Positions 49,598 through 62,536 of a stretch of 64,000 nt of DNA are shown here, one piece after another. Location of the stretch: assembly GCA_964252035.1 (NCBI GenBank), contig OZ176210.1, one strand, 5' to 3'. Source of the stretch: Podarcis erhardii. Lineage: Eukaryota. Position 1 is the stretch's first letter; each line of letters opens with the position of its first letter. The notes below the pieces were generated by a model. The model worked only from the letters and a program-made list of their open reading frames with translations. It did no database searches and had not been told where the DNA came from. The position numbers and the translations under genes are program-made.

Positions 49598-52500
49598 GGC
49601 GGCTGAGGCAGCATTCCTAAACAGTTCAGATAAACCCACTGGTGGGAAGCTTAGAAAGCCCTCAGCTGTAGTGAAGAAAGCAAGGTTTGGCTGGAAGCCA
49701 GACTACTGAGCTCAGCATTTTGTAATGCACTTCCTTTTTGCTTAACAGCTTGCATAATGCCTCAGCCATTCCACCTTTAACCCTCTCCTCACCTAACCTA
49801 AATAAAGTGTCAAGGGCTTTATTCACAGGAGAGAACAATAGAGGGGGGACTCCCCTGGGGCTTTGAAAAAGGGACGATTAAAGCACATGCTTAACTCTTT
49901 GCTCCTTTGAAGAGACAGTGTGCTATTGAAAGCTCCCAGGGCATAATCCCGCCAAAGTTAAAGCACTTCTGTGTGGCACAACTTTTAAAAAACAACAACA
50001 GTGAATATGTGAGCTTAAATATGAAATAATTTACTGCAAAACACCTACAAAACCAAGGAAATAATTATAAAGAAACACTGTCAAGAAAATAACTACTGTA
50101 CATTAAGGCAAGGCTATTCGGTGCAGAGCTTACAGACAGTCACATTCAATCGTTCGCACAACATTCCAGAAAACAGTGAAACTAATTTCATACTACAATG
50201 GAGAAAACTGGCAAGGGGCGGAGGAGCAGTATCACAGTCCAAACAAGTACAATCAAGCAGTACATAAATTTTGTTAAATAAAATTAGTAAAAGCTGCCAT
50301 CTTTTTATTCAAATTGTTAGTCATCTAAGATGGGGCAGTCCAGGTGAATAACAATCAAGTTTAAAGATTAATATGGACAGGAAAACTTCCGTAACTGTCT
50401 TTCAGGGAAGTGGAATACCCATTAAATTTCCAGCTCCTCTTCATGTCTCCTTTCCATCTCAAGTGAGATGACGAATGCTCACCTTCCTAGGCAGTTTGTT
50501 GGTGACGGTGATAAATGTGTGACTTAGCCAATTAAGGTTAGAAACTGTTCCCCTTGGGAAATGGCCTCTTCCTGGACACCATAAAGGGCCAATAGTAGCC
50601 GCATGCATGTTGGCCCACTGTTAATGTGGATTATTGGGGGGGGTGTGATAATGATTTCCCTTGCTCAGTTGTTTGAATGTACTCCAAACTTTAAAAAATG
50701 ACATTCAAACATTTTTGTTGTTATTATCATCACCACCACCATATTTAATACTTTTATACTTTTACTCCCTGTTGCTGATGAATTAACCTTCTCTGGGGGA
50801 ATTTGGGGGGAGGGCAGTGACCATGTACTTCTCAACAAGCTCCCAAATTTACATGCCATGTGCATTCCTGCTACAGTTTTAAAAGTAAGGGAAAGGGAAA
50901 GGAAACCAGAGTCGGGTGACCTCGCTGTAAGGGGAGACAGATGGCTGGAAGCCAGCTCAAGCCTTTTGGGGTGCCCTTTTAGGGTACAGGAAATTGAGGA
51001 GGCAGTATAACTTGTTTGGGGGCTGAGAGAATCCACCCCCACCCCATTTCACATCCAGGATTCCCAATACTACTCAGACTCTTATTCACATACATTCAAT
51101 GGGCATGGGAGTTGTAGCACCTCATCGCCAGAACTTTCTCCCACTACCCATTCGCATGGTCCCTTCTCAGCGTTCAAGTGCCAGTTGACCTTGCTGCTGC
51201 TTACCTGGTTTAATTCAGTTTTCCATCTCAGCATTATTTTAAACAGAGAAACAGCTCAATTTAACACCACTTAAATTGTTTGTGATTGCAATGTTGTTTT
51301 CGTTTTTGCCTGATCCATCTCGGCAGCACAAGTGGCACATAATGGCCAAGAATTGGGGAGGGGGCCTGAATATTTTGACAACTCATTACATGGACAGTTC
51401 TATATGTATGTGGTTGGAACGGTAACAGTCTTAATTCACACAAGGTTTATTACAAATATTTACTGCAGAAGCAAAGTATAAAAATAGTCTTCTACCCCCT
51501 CCTCCACCACCACCACCAATAGGTCTAAATATGACTCTTGAATTTGCTGTGTTGGAGTAAGCAGATTTGCTGGGAAACTATTTCCCACTCCCTCTTAAAT
51601 GTAAAAGTACTGCCCTAATTCTGTTTAAATCGGAGAACACAAGTCAAGATCTGAAAGTTATGTTTGCTATGGGGACTGTAACTCTGCCTGGTACATATTA
51701 TGAGTTGAATATACTGAATCTTGGGGAATAATAGATGTATGTTATGGTTATGCTATCTGTTGGGAAAACACATTCAGATAAATGGCTCTGAACAGTCTAA
51801 AGCATTAAACAGACCGATTTCCCCGCAAATACTACAAGAATTCAATTCTTCAAGCACTTTCCGGGAAGCAAAATAAACCTTCTACACTACAGGATGATAG
51901 AGATTACTTGACTGACTTTGCTTTTTAACTAACTTTTTGCATAATTATGGAAAGAATTCAACATCTTGCTCTCCATCAGCAGAAGCATTTCTGTGGGCCA
52001 GATGGAATGATCCTGCCTCTCCTCCCTCCTGAGAGTTGTCCTGACCCTCCAGAGTGGATTTTGGGAAGGCACATGGGGAGAGGGTGGAAATACCCATTGT
52101 GCTACTGAGAGCTCTTGAACTGGCTTCCGCCTATCATGCTAGGTTACTTGGTTGAATGACTTCCAAATATTTAGAGTCCTTGCGATTCTGTTGTGCAAAA
52201 AAAAAAAAAGTTAGCTAATCAAGTGCATTCTCCAAACAAACATAACTATTTATTTATTTTCAAATCTCAACATCCTTGTCCGAATCCAGGCCAATGCCAT
52301 GTTAGAAATCTGCTATATATTATTTTTTCCCCCAGCTGATTTTTCACTGTGAATTGTTTCTGGGTTTGTCAACTGCCTTGGAAAGGCAGAATAAAAATAT
52401 TTTAAAATAAAAAACCTTCCGCAGGTAGTACTTGAAGCAAAAAATGCCTTCTGCAGCACAAATGCAAGCAAACGCCCCAAACAACCTTGACCTCCAGACT

Positions 52501-53523
52501 AGTCAACAAATTCCTTGCTGCAAAGTGCGGGGGGGGGGGGCAGAAAGAGAGAATGCAAAGACTCATTTTGAAAACAATGTGGGTTGCCTGAAAGATCCTA
52601 TTTGCATACAAAACAATTCTCCTTTGCAATCAAAAACCAACCAGTAATGTCATGTATACACCTAAAAAAAATAAAAATCAATAAGACACCATTAGATTGC
52701 TATTTGATATGACTGCCTTCCATGCTGCTCCCCAGGTGTAGCCTATAAAGGTTGAACAGGGTAAAATATTTTAGCTAACCTGATTCCTAGATATATTTGT
52801 TTTGGAGGGGGGAGAAACCTCAAATCTTCTGGAGATTTTCAAAATAGTTTTAGGATGTGAAGATTTTATATTTTCATATAAAAGTATTTAAAGGCATTTA
52901 TTCAAATTATTCAATTGGACAGGCCTCAAGAAAATATTTTATTTATTCACATTTCTATCCAAACTTTCCTGTCCAGACATGAGATTGCCCATTTTATTTA
53001 CAACCATCCAGAATGTTATAATAGGACAGAGAAACTTGCCCAGCCCAAGATACTGAACGACTTGCATTTGCTTAATCGCTATTACTTAGAACTTAAATGC
53101 AGAAATCCACAGTAAGCTTAAGTTGGGTCATATAGGTTTTAAGATTAAGCTGGGATTTATTTTGTCCAGTCAGTTCTATATGACTGTGTATGAGCTGTTT
53201 ATGTAGCACAGCATAAATATGGAAAGAGACTGCTGATGCATGTATAGGGAAAAAAGCAGTTTCTCCCAATTCATCATGTCACAAAGATTAATAATATTGT
53301 AACTGGGTTGGGGGGAAAAGAATAGAAGAAATTCATCTTTGTAGCTGGTGGCATAATGTCAGAAAACAGGGTGGGGGTGGGGTTGGAGAATACATAACTG
53401 TTTGCCCTATCCTTAGCTGTATTGAACAGCCTCAGTTTGTTCTATGCACTATACACCTATTCTAAAGTATCTGCTTTGTGATGCATTTGGGACAGTGACC
53501 GTGTTCACATGCAACTCTGCCCT

Positions 53524-53809
53524 GGCAAATTAGGTTGTTAGTGTAACCTGAACATTCCTCCATTGCTCCTCCCTTCCCGGTGGGAAAACCAACCATGCCC
53601 TGCCTTTGTTTCATCCAAGACAGCATTTGCTTTGGCCAAACAAAGCGCAATCAGGAAGCCAAGAACAAATTGTGTCTTCCTGGTCACAATTTCTTTGGAG
53701 AAAGAAGCCACAAGTACTGGTTCAGACATAAGGCTTGGTGAATTTCCCCAGTGGGGGAAAGGAAGAGCAAGGGAGTGGTGCTCAACATGCACAGGCAACC
53801 TAATTTGCC
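53524..53809. mobile_element. Old MITE-like element with ~65-bp imperfect inverted arms
   Basis: ggcaaattaggttg...caacctaatttgcc are 14-bp perfect termini, and partial complementarity continues inward. Confidence 0.5.
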
Positions 53810-53843
53810 CAACTATAGTTATTGCACTGCTTTACATCCCAAA

Positions 53844-54196
53844 GGGACGCAGGTGGCACTGTGGGTTAAACCACAGAGCCTAGGACTTGCCGATCAGAAG
53901 GTCGGTGGTTCCAATCCCCGCGACAGGGTGAGCTCCTGTTGCTCGGTCCCTGCTCCTGCCAACCTAGCAGTTCAAAAGCACGTCAAAGTGCAAGTAGATA
54001 AATAGGTCCCGCTCCGGCCGGAAGGTAAACGGCGTTTCCGTGCGCTGCTCTGGTTCGCCAGAAGCGGCTTAGTCATGCTGGCCACATGACCCAGAAGCTG
54101 TATGCCGGCTCCCTTGGCCAATAAAGCGAGATGAGCGCCGCAACCCCAGAGTTGGCCACGACTGGACCTAATGGTCAGGGGTCCCTTTACCTTTTT
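53844..54196 (+). mobile_element. Sauria SINE, full length, with TSD
   Basis: Consensus match. tttacatcccaa occurs at 53831-53842 and 54197-54208. Confidence 0.95.
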
Positions 54197-55908
54197 TTTA
54201 CATCCCAATGCAGCTACACACTGCATTAGTGGGCTATAGACCTGATCCAGGAACTTGAGAACAGCAGTAATTATTATTACTGATAGTATTTATCGGACAT
54301 GTTTTTGCACTCAAGTGCCTCAAAAGAACTTCCTCTGTAAAAAATAAATAAATCAACAACATTAAAATCAAATAAACAGCAACAGACAAAACCTGAAATA
54401 CTAATTTAAGCAGAACAAACCCTACTCACCCCACTAAATGAATGAGTGCAACACAGACCACTGATAACTCGGCTGGTTAAAGCGTGACATATCTAACTAC
54501 TTCCCAGTTAAAAACCATTTGTTGTTGTTGTTTATTCGTTAAATTGAAGGTCTTATGCCCCAATGAGTTGTCTCACTTGCAGTATGTATGGTGTGTTCTG
54601 TGTCACAACTTTCCTTCTTTCTGACCTATGTCTGGCCAAGAGATCTGGAAGGCACCAGGTAGGCTAAGTCTGCGAAAGAGCAATACAATACTTTTCATGT
54701 GGTGCAATCAGAAACTCCCAGTCAGACTTCATTTGCAACCTTACATAAAAGACAAACACTGCCATTAAATGTACCAAATACATTAAGGAAATGCAACAGA
54801 ATTGCTAAAGGGTATGCTTAAGCAATATTAGGGATAGGAAGCTACTTTATTAAGTGCTACATAGATGGCCAAACAGCTTATAGGAAAAATAATAATACCA
54901 TAACTTATGAAACCAACTTCAAAAGGTCCCTACTTGCCTGCATCCTACAGTGGCCTCACCACAGCCTTCTAAGCACATTTCTTCATTTACTTTTTAATTT
55001 CTAAGGGAATTAAAGTGCTCTACATGTATCTAGACACAAATTTAGTGATGTTTATCAACAAAAATGTGAAGAAATTTAATCAGCACACCTGTTTATTTTG
55101 CTTGTGAAATGACTTTCCAGGTCACAGATCCAATGCAAAATAATGGCTGCTCCTGATTAGCTACAAATTGTCCCACAGATGATCCAGCAAACCATAGCTT
55201 CACCTGATTATTTTGCTTTCCTAATGCTTTTGTTTCAGATTGGGGTGGTCAAACAAACCACCATTGCAGAAGGGCAGTGGGTTCATACACAACACTAAGT
55301 CATAATTAAAACCAAGGTTTGGAAGCCAACAACAAACCATGATTTCAGTAAACAATTTCTGCTGGCAGTAAACAAAATATGGTTGAGCCACTGGGCAAGG
55401 TTCACCCATAATAGTAAACCATAGTTTTATAAATCAACGTTTTAGCATTTTGAGCAAATCAGTGTGACCATCTACTCTTCAGGATTTAGTTGATCTTAAA
55501 GTTTACTAGTAAAACAAAGCTTGGCCCTTAAACTTGCCTGATACAGCAACCTAAACTGGGCTGAATAGTTGCAGTTCATACTTGGTCAGACCTTATCAGC
55601 TCAGCTAATGTAACAAGCTCTCTCCGAACAAGTTCTCTGGACTCCTGACTGTGCCCCCTCCTCTGTAACAGCGCCAATGCAAGCCTTCATTCCATTCTCC
55701 CCAAACAAAAGCAGCACCAACTAATTTTAGGACTCCCAAAAATTTTAGGCAACACCCTTCTAGCAGCACTACAAATTTAGTAAGGAATTGAGTTTTTAAA
55801 AAATGTTTAAACAAGCTATCTGGTATGGTTTTATTTCTCACACACAAAATTAGAAGTTACACCTTTGCGAATGTATTTGCTTACATACATTCAAGCAAGG
55901 GTTTAGTT

Positions 55909-56044
55909 CAGGCATAGGCAAACTCAGCCCTCTAGATGTTTTCGGACTACAACTCCCATCATACCTAGCTAACAGGACCAGTGGTCAGGGATGATGGGAG
56001 CTGTAGTCCCCAAACATCTGGAGGGCCGAGTTTGCCTATGCCTG
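55909..56044. mobile_element. hAT (Charlie-like) palindromic MITE, 136 bp
   Basis: Same family as 4898-5033. The 8-bp TSD gtttagtt is at 55901-55908 and 56045-56052. Confidence 0.92.
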
Positions 56045-57466
56045 GTTTAGTTCTAAGCCACGATTAACAGAACTTCTATTCAGAATATTAAATAGTTGAG
56101 CATCAACCAACCTATTGCACCAACCTATTTGAACCTATGTGAAAAGCAGAAGTTCTACTTCCCACAGGAAATATTGCACTTCTTGCTGTTCAAGTTTTCC
56201 TTTTGTGTGCATCAGGAAGCAGATTTTGAGTGTTATTAAAGGCAGAAGAAGCGGGATAGAGGTTTCCCCCATGAAGTACAACCCATCAGAAAAATCTCCT
56301 ATGCCAAGTCCATTAAAATTAATGGAAGCAGCAACTGTGTTCTTGTTAATGCTCCTGCTTATTTCAACATGGCATCTGTGGGGAAGCTTCCTGATGGATT
56401 ATGCTCCAAATACGTAGGGAAGAGAAGTCACTTTGCTATTATACACAAGATGCAGGTCCTAAAGAAGTACTGCTCCTCTTTGGGGCATTAAGATTCCTTC
56501 CTACCCTTGAAAGCTCAAATATTTACCAGCTGCTCAGTGTTCACAAAGGAGCTTTGCCGATTACCAAGATTTATATCCTGCCTTTCCACCATACAGCATC
56601 AAAGACATTCTTAAAAATAAAATAAAAAATACGGTAAGCAGAGCGTACTATCTTGCCTGGTTTTCTAACATTGAAACCTAACACAATAAAATCCTCGCAT
56701 ACTAATCCCATGCCAGCCATCACCTATACATAGATTTAAATAGAACGGCAAGCAAATCAGCCCACAATATCAACAAGAACAGGTTTATTAGTCTGCTTAG
56801 GCACAGAAAAATCCCAGCTGCCACACAGGAATCTGAAACTTTAGTCTTGCCATTTGATTCAATGCAGTTGCTTCAGGTGTATTTTCCCTTCTACAACTGA
56901 TATCTGTTCCCGTCCTTGCAAAATTCATGCTTTCCAATTGGCAAGTCTGACTTGCTGCCTGCAGGTCAAACTTTCTTCGTGAGTTTTAAAAGCCAGCAGC
57001 TCCCGTGCAGAGACAAACACACTCAGCTTTAAATAAAAATAAAAATTCCCTTGTAATTTCAGAAAGTTTCCCAGCTCCTACACTTTAGAATCTGTACACT
57101 GCAGAACTGGCTTATGCTATAGAGAGCAACAATATTTTTTTCCTGAAACTGGTACTAAAGTCAATAAATTTAAACGATTGTCCTTCACAAAGCTGGAGCT
57201 TACACATTTAAGGATCATGGAGCATCTTAGGGGATTCTAAATACCTTTTCAGCACATCATATGACAGGGAAGGAGAGACTACCTCCTTTTGGAATGCCTT
57301 GAGGCCACAGAGGATAACAGCTATGGCGATTTGATGAACAGCCAACTATTTCCTAAAAAGGAATGACTTTTAAAAAAAACAACAACCAAAAACAAAATGC
57401 CTATCAGTTTCAGAGCTTGTTTTCTGGGGGATGCTGTGGGAGAGACCCATGGCTGTTTATCTATTA

Positions 57467-57677
57467 CAGTGGCACTCGGGTTACAGACGCTTTGGATTAC
57501 AGACTCCGCTAACCCAGAAATAGTACCTCAGGTTAAATACTTTGGTTCAGGATGAGAACAGAAATCGTGCAGCAGCAGCAGGCCCTATTAGCTAAAGTGA
57601 TACCTCAGGTTAAGAACAGTTTCAGGTTAAGAACGGACCTCCAGAACAAATTAAGTTCTTAACCCGAGGTACCACTG
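57467..57677 (+). mobile_element. Tigger-like MITE, complete
   Basis: TA-cagtggcactcgggtta...taacccgaggtaccactg-TA. Confidence 0.9.
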
Positions 57678-59635
57678 TATAGTATTTTTCAACAAGGACA
57701 GCAATTTAAGTAGGAATCCTCAACCAAGGGCCTTCACGAATCTTTCACATATTCCAGCTCCAACCACACTGGGTCATCATCAGGTCAGTCTGATGACTGC
57801 TCTAAACATTAAGCTTAAAGCTAAACTAGGAAGTTTTGTGGTCATTCTATATGGGAGAAGTAGAACAATTTGAACTTTAACATAAGTATATGTGTACCAT
57901 TTGAAATCATTATTTTGGTTGCCTGGATGGCAGAGCAATGCCTGAGTCAATAATCTTTTCACCTCATCTATAAGATACAACCTTTGTTCAAGTTTTATTG
58001 TTGATTCCACATAGTATGTTCAGATCAGTATTCCATACTTAACTATTTATATCAGCTCAAAATGTGCTATATCCAAGATCACCAATCCTCTGCTTGCAAA
58101 TACCAAACCTTTGAAAAGCGTACTACAGTATCCAATATTAGTTCCTACTCTCAACAACTTAGTGCAAAATATAAATGGTAAGTCATCTAGAAAGCCTTTT
58201 ATAACTCCTCCAGAAGAAACTCTGGCTTTGCCAAGCTTGAGTAATATATTCAGCTACAGTCAAGTTTCATCACTGCTATTCATTATTTTTTTAAAAAAGG
58301 TTTATACTTGTTTTGGATGCCTACAATGTTCCCATCATGTTCTTCTGCATTCTTCTGAGCTTTAGCCTTATTCGGGGAATTAAGTTGTCAAGAGTATTGC
58401 CTATCTTATTTAAAACAACCTACCTTAAATAGTACATTCCTTTAAAATTTGATATTGTTAACAGTGTAAGTATTTGACAACCAGGAACAAATTACAGAGG
58501 ATTTGAAACTAGACATTTCTTTATTATGTTTGGATTCTCCTTTTCTACAACATAAAGATCATTGCTTCCAATGCCTCATTTCCTTCTAAGGAGACCATTT
58601 ACCAATATTATCTCTCCTAAAGAAAACAGTAACAGAATTTGACAGATGTGATCCAAGAGAAGAAAATAAGGCATTTGTTTATCAAGTAGGACATCAGAAC
58701 TCACCATTCATTACTAATGAGCTGGAATCCTGTAAACAGTCTGAACTCTGCCACCACCGTCACATCATCACCGGGACACATCATTCACAAGGTAGAAAGA
58801 AAATATTGCCTACCAAGACCACTTACTGAAGGTCATGGGCCATAAATGAATAACAAAGATTAGTGAAACAAAAAACGCTCTTATTGTTTAATACTGTGGG
58901 TATACAAAAACAGAAATTACATAGTCGTATGCAAGAGCAATGCAAATAACTCAGCTCCAAGATATCCACAAACACCTCTGCTGTATAATAAGCACTAGAA
59001 ATGTCAACACTGAAAGACAGCACATATTGGATTGAAAATGTAGCAGTCAATATTTGGTATTCTATGGACTTCATGTCACTTCAAAAGACAAGTGCTCATG
59101 CCCCAAATTGCGAGGGGACAGTATTAAAGAGTCTGAGAACCAGCTTGAGCAAAGTGCTGAGGTGAACCCACAAGATATGCTTCAGTGTTTCAGTTCAGCA
59201 TAGTAAGTGCTGTTTTCTACTTGGTGACATTTCAACACAATCCATCTGCCCACCTTCCTTCTTCTCAGTTCCTCCACAAAATACCTAATACCAAAGGTGG
59301 TCCCCTCCTACCCACCCAAGCAGTCACCATGTGTTGTGTGTTGGGGAAGGTAAGGGGTGAGCAGCAGGGTTATGAGGAACTGATGGTGTTAAGCAGCTGA
59401 CTACTATTTAAACTCAGATGCAAAAGTGCCAGAAGGGAACGAATGAGGCAAGATGGCTTGGCCATTTTGCTGCTGCTGGCAGTGTGAGACCCAAAAGAAA
59501 CAAAAATGTCAGATGAAGCTCGGTCAGCGTCACAGCCTGCAGAGAATGATGAAGAGACTGTCACACAGGACCTCAAATGGTTTAGAGGCATACAGAATTT
59601 GCACATCTGCAAAGAAGTAACAGCACATTGAAGTA

Positions 59636-60022
59636 CCGTATTTTTCGCCCTATAGGACGCACTGTCCCATAAGGCGCACCTAGTTTTTTGGGGACCCCAG
59701 TCCCCAAACAGGCAGCTCTCTGCAAGCCGTGGGAGCCCAGGGCTGGCTCCCGCCGCTTGCGGAGAGGTCCGCGAAGCCTGGACGCGCTGAGCTAAGCGGG
59801 CGCAGGCTTCGGCATGCAGGCAACTCTCCGCAAGCAGGGGTAGCGCTCCCGCTGCTTGTGGAGAGGTCCGCGAAGCCTGGAGAGCGAGAGGGGTCTGTGC
59901 GCACCGACCCCTCTCGCTCTCCAGGCTTCAGCGAAAGCCTGCATTCGCCCCATAGGACGCACACACATTTCCCCTTCATTTTTTGAGGGGGAAAAGTGCG
60001 TCCTATAGGGCGAAAAATACGG
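59636..60022. mobile_element. Tc1/mariner (Tc2-like, CCGTA termini) non-autonomous element with GC-rich interior
   Basis: Perfect 28-bp TIRs ccgtatttttcgccctataggacgcact, a TA duplication, internal repeats and a 24-bp perfect hairpin. Confidence 0.9.
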
Positions 60023-61380
60023 TACCCAACACGGTCCCTTGCAGAAATTGCTGGGCTACAGTCCCCATCAACCCTAACCACTTGCCACACTGGCTGAGGT
60101 AGATGGGAGTTGAAGCCAAACAGTTTCTAGCAGTGTTTGAAATTCCCAATGCCAGGTGCATTTTGCTGCTGGCGAGGGTCCAACTGCGACTACATGGAGA
60201 TTTCTGGGTGCCAGGTTCACGAATGACGTCTCCATTGAGCCAGCTAACTCATGCGAAGCACAAGATGCACATCTTCTGCTTCTGCACTGCTGCGTGAATT
60301 ATGGCCCCCTTGCTGGGCATCATGACATCAAGGAAAGTAAGTGCAGGGCTGTGTACAGATAGATTTGACTGTGCCACAGCCTTTCCACAAGCCACCCACA
60401 TAGAACTCACAGACCAGTTTAAAAACCTCTGTTGTAGCCCATAGTTAATCCCATTTCCACTGTGTGTGTTTCTCCTTCTTGCACACTGAGACAAGCGAAT
60501 CGTTGCAAGAGCAAGCTACAGTCAAACAATGTAGTTGAGAACATAGAATCGTAGAATTGTAGCGCTGAAAGGGACGCTGAGTGTCATCTAGACCTGATGA
60601 ATAGACATTCTATTGTGGCAACCATAACCTAGGTTTAAGGTGCCATCTGGCACCTAGTTTATATCTCTGAGTTTCTAACACTGGTTTCCAGAGGGCAATA
60701 CATTGGTTATCCCATATCTAAGCTGTAAGAGTCCCTTGTTCAGCCAGTCATGAATACATTAATTACCACCGTTGTAATTGAAACTGACCTGCCAGCCTCT
60801 TTAGTCAGCCAGCTCCAAGTTAAAGTTCATTTGTGCCGTTCTTAACACTTTAGCATCACTATAGTGAAATAGTCATCTATTTTCCAGTATTACTCTGCTA
60901 TAATTATTCAGCAGACCACCAGTTCTCTTTACAGACCAGACCTTTGGTCTACAGAGAAAGCAAAGCTTTGAGGTAGGGGGAGAGAAGAAGAGGAAAGAAA
61001 CATGTTTCCAGTCCCCAGACACTAGGCTCAAGTTTCTAGAAGCCTGGAATTTATCCAAACCTGCCTAAAGGACCAGCTCATTTTACCCTTTGAGCCTAAA
61101 ACTAGGAAATTTTGTCAGCTGCTCTCAAGTAAACAGCTGACTGGTTTAATAGAAAATCCTTTCATGCTGACTCAAGTGAGAAACACATTTTGTTCAAGAA
61201 ACTCCACTGTTATCATGGGGGAAGAGCAACAATTTAAAGTGTTCAATAAAATGAGTCAGACCTGAAATTATCCACAGCGCAGCAGCCAGCAAAATTTCCA
61301 AACAGGAGTCTGAGACAGATTTGGGAGGGGGGTGGAGATTGAGCATTCAGAAAGCAACAAAGTACAGACATCAGGAAGAA

Positions 61381-61623
61381 GAGTTTGGATTTGGATTTGA
61401 TATCCCGCTTTATCACTACCCGAAGGAGTCTCAAAGCGGCTAACATTCTCCTTTCCCTTCCTCCCCCACAACAAACACTCTGTGAGGTGAGTGGGGCTGA
61501 GAGACTTCAGAGAAGTGTGACTAGCCCAAGGTCACCCAGCAGCTGCATGTGGAGGAGCGGGGAATCGAACCCCGTTCACCAGATTACGAGTCCACCGCTC
61601 TTAACCACTACACCACACTGGCT
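61381..61623 (-). mobile_element. Young tRNA-derived MIR/CORE-type SINE (Squam3-like)
   Basis: Minus strand agccagtgtggtgtagtggttaagagc (box A), gggttcgattccc (box B), CORE-like gggtgaccttgggctagtcac, and an L2-like tail with (ATCCAA)n. Confidence 0.8.
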
Positions 61624-61751
61624 ACTAGCTTTGTGAGAACCTTGAGGGCTCTTTAAGTCTGTGTTCGTGAACTTGCATTATGAACATTACCTCCTCCTCT
61701 CAGCCGGGCCTTGGCATATGAGCAGTGTGTTAAGTTGCAAAGAGCCTAGCC

Positions 61752-61926
61752 CAGGCATGTCCAAAGTCCGTTTTGGGGGCCTAATCTGGCCCGCTGGTCG
61801 GTTTAATATGGCCCCTGTGGCAGTTTATTTCCTGGGGTTAAAAATCCTTTAAAAAGGTCAACATCTTTGGTTGGCGCTCTGGTTCATCAAATCTGGCCCT
61901 CTTTGAAAACAGTTTGGACACCACTG
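61752..61926. mobile_element. hAT-like MITE remnant
   Basis: Imperfect TIRs caggcatgtccaaagt / agtttggacaccactg, with near-matching ctagcc flanks. Confidence 0.55.
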
Positions 61927-62393
61927 GCTAGCCCAATCCTACAACCCTTTGGCTCAGTGTTAGAAATACATATAAATGGCTCCTTAGACCAAAATGGAAT
62001 GTCTAGTTGCCATTTGGGGGCAAGACGGCTCTATATTCTTATTTTTCAAACTGTGGACTGTGACTGATTCTCAGTTAATCATCTGGCTAGTTCAGAAAAA
62101 AAGTCACTTGATCCAGGGAAAGTCCACATATATACTGGCGTATTCCGGCCTCTTTTTCTTAATGGTGACTGTTCCTGCTCAGGCTACACAGAGAAAGCAT
62201 TTTGCTTCCAGAAATTCATTCTGCTTGTGGAGATAAAATACAACTGATAAAATTCTACAGGACAGGGCATTAACGTGTGAATACAGTCCAGAGCCAATGA
62301 TCTCTATGCATGCACTTCCAGATAGTGATGTCAGGTGCCATCCTGGCGCCCAGGCATCTTCACTTGGTCACAAGTGGTCAAAAGCAAACTAAC

Positions 62394-62536
62394 ATGCTCA
62401 GTCAGTAGAGCATGAGACTTTTAACCTCAGGGTCGTGGATTTGGGTCCCACGTTGGGCAAAAGATTCCTGCACTGAAGGGTTGGACTAGATGAACCTGGT
62501 GGTACCTCCCAGCTCTACAGTTCTAGAATTCTATGA
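62394..62536 (+). mobile_element. tRNA-Lys-derived SINE with CR1-type tail
   Basis: Second copy of the 31311-31449 family. Confidence 0.85.

Noticed and set aside
59506-59631. Short + strand ORF MSDEARSASQPAENDEETVTQDLKWFRGIQNLHICKEVTAH
   Set aside because: It looks protein-like, but I recognise no homolog, splice context or poly(A)/TSD, and such ORFs arise by chance.
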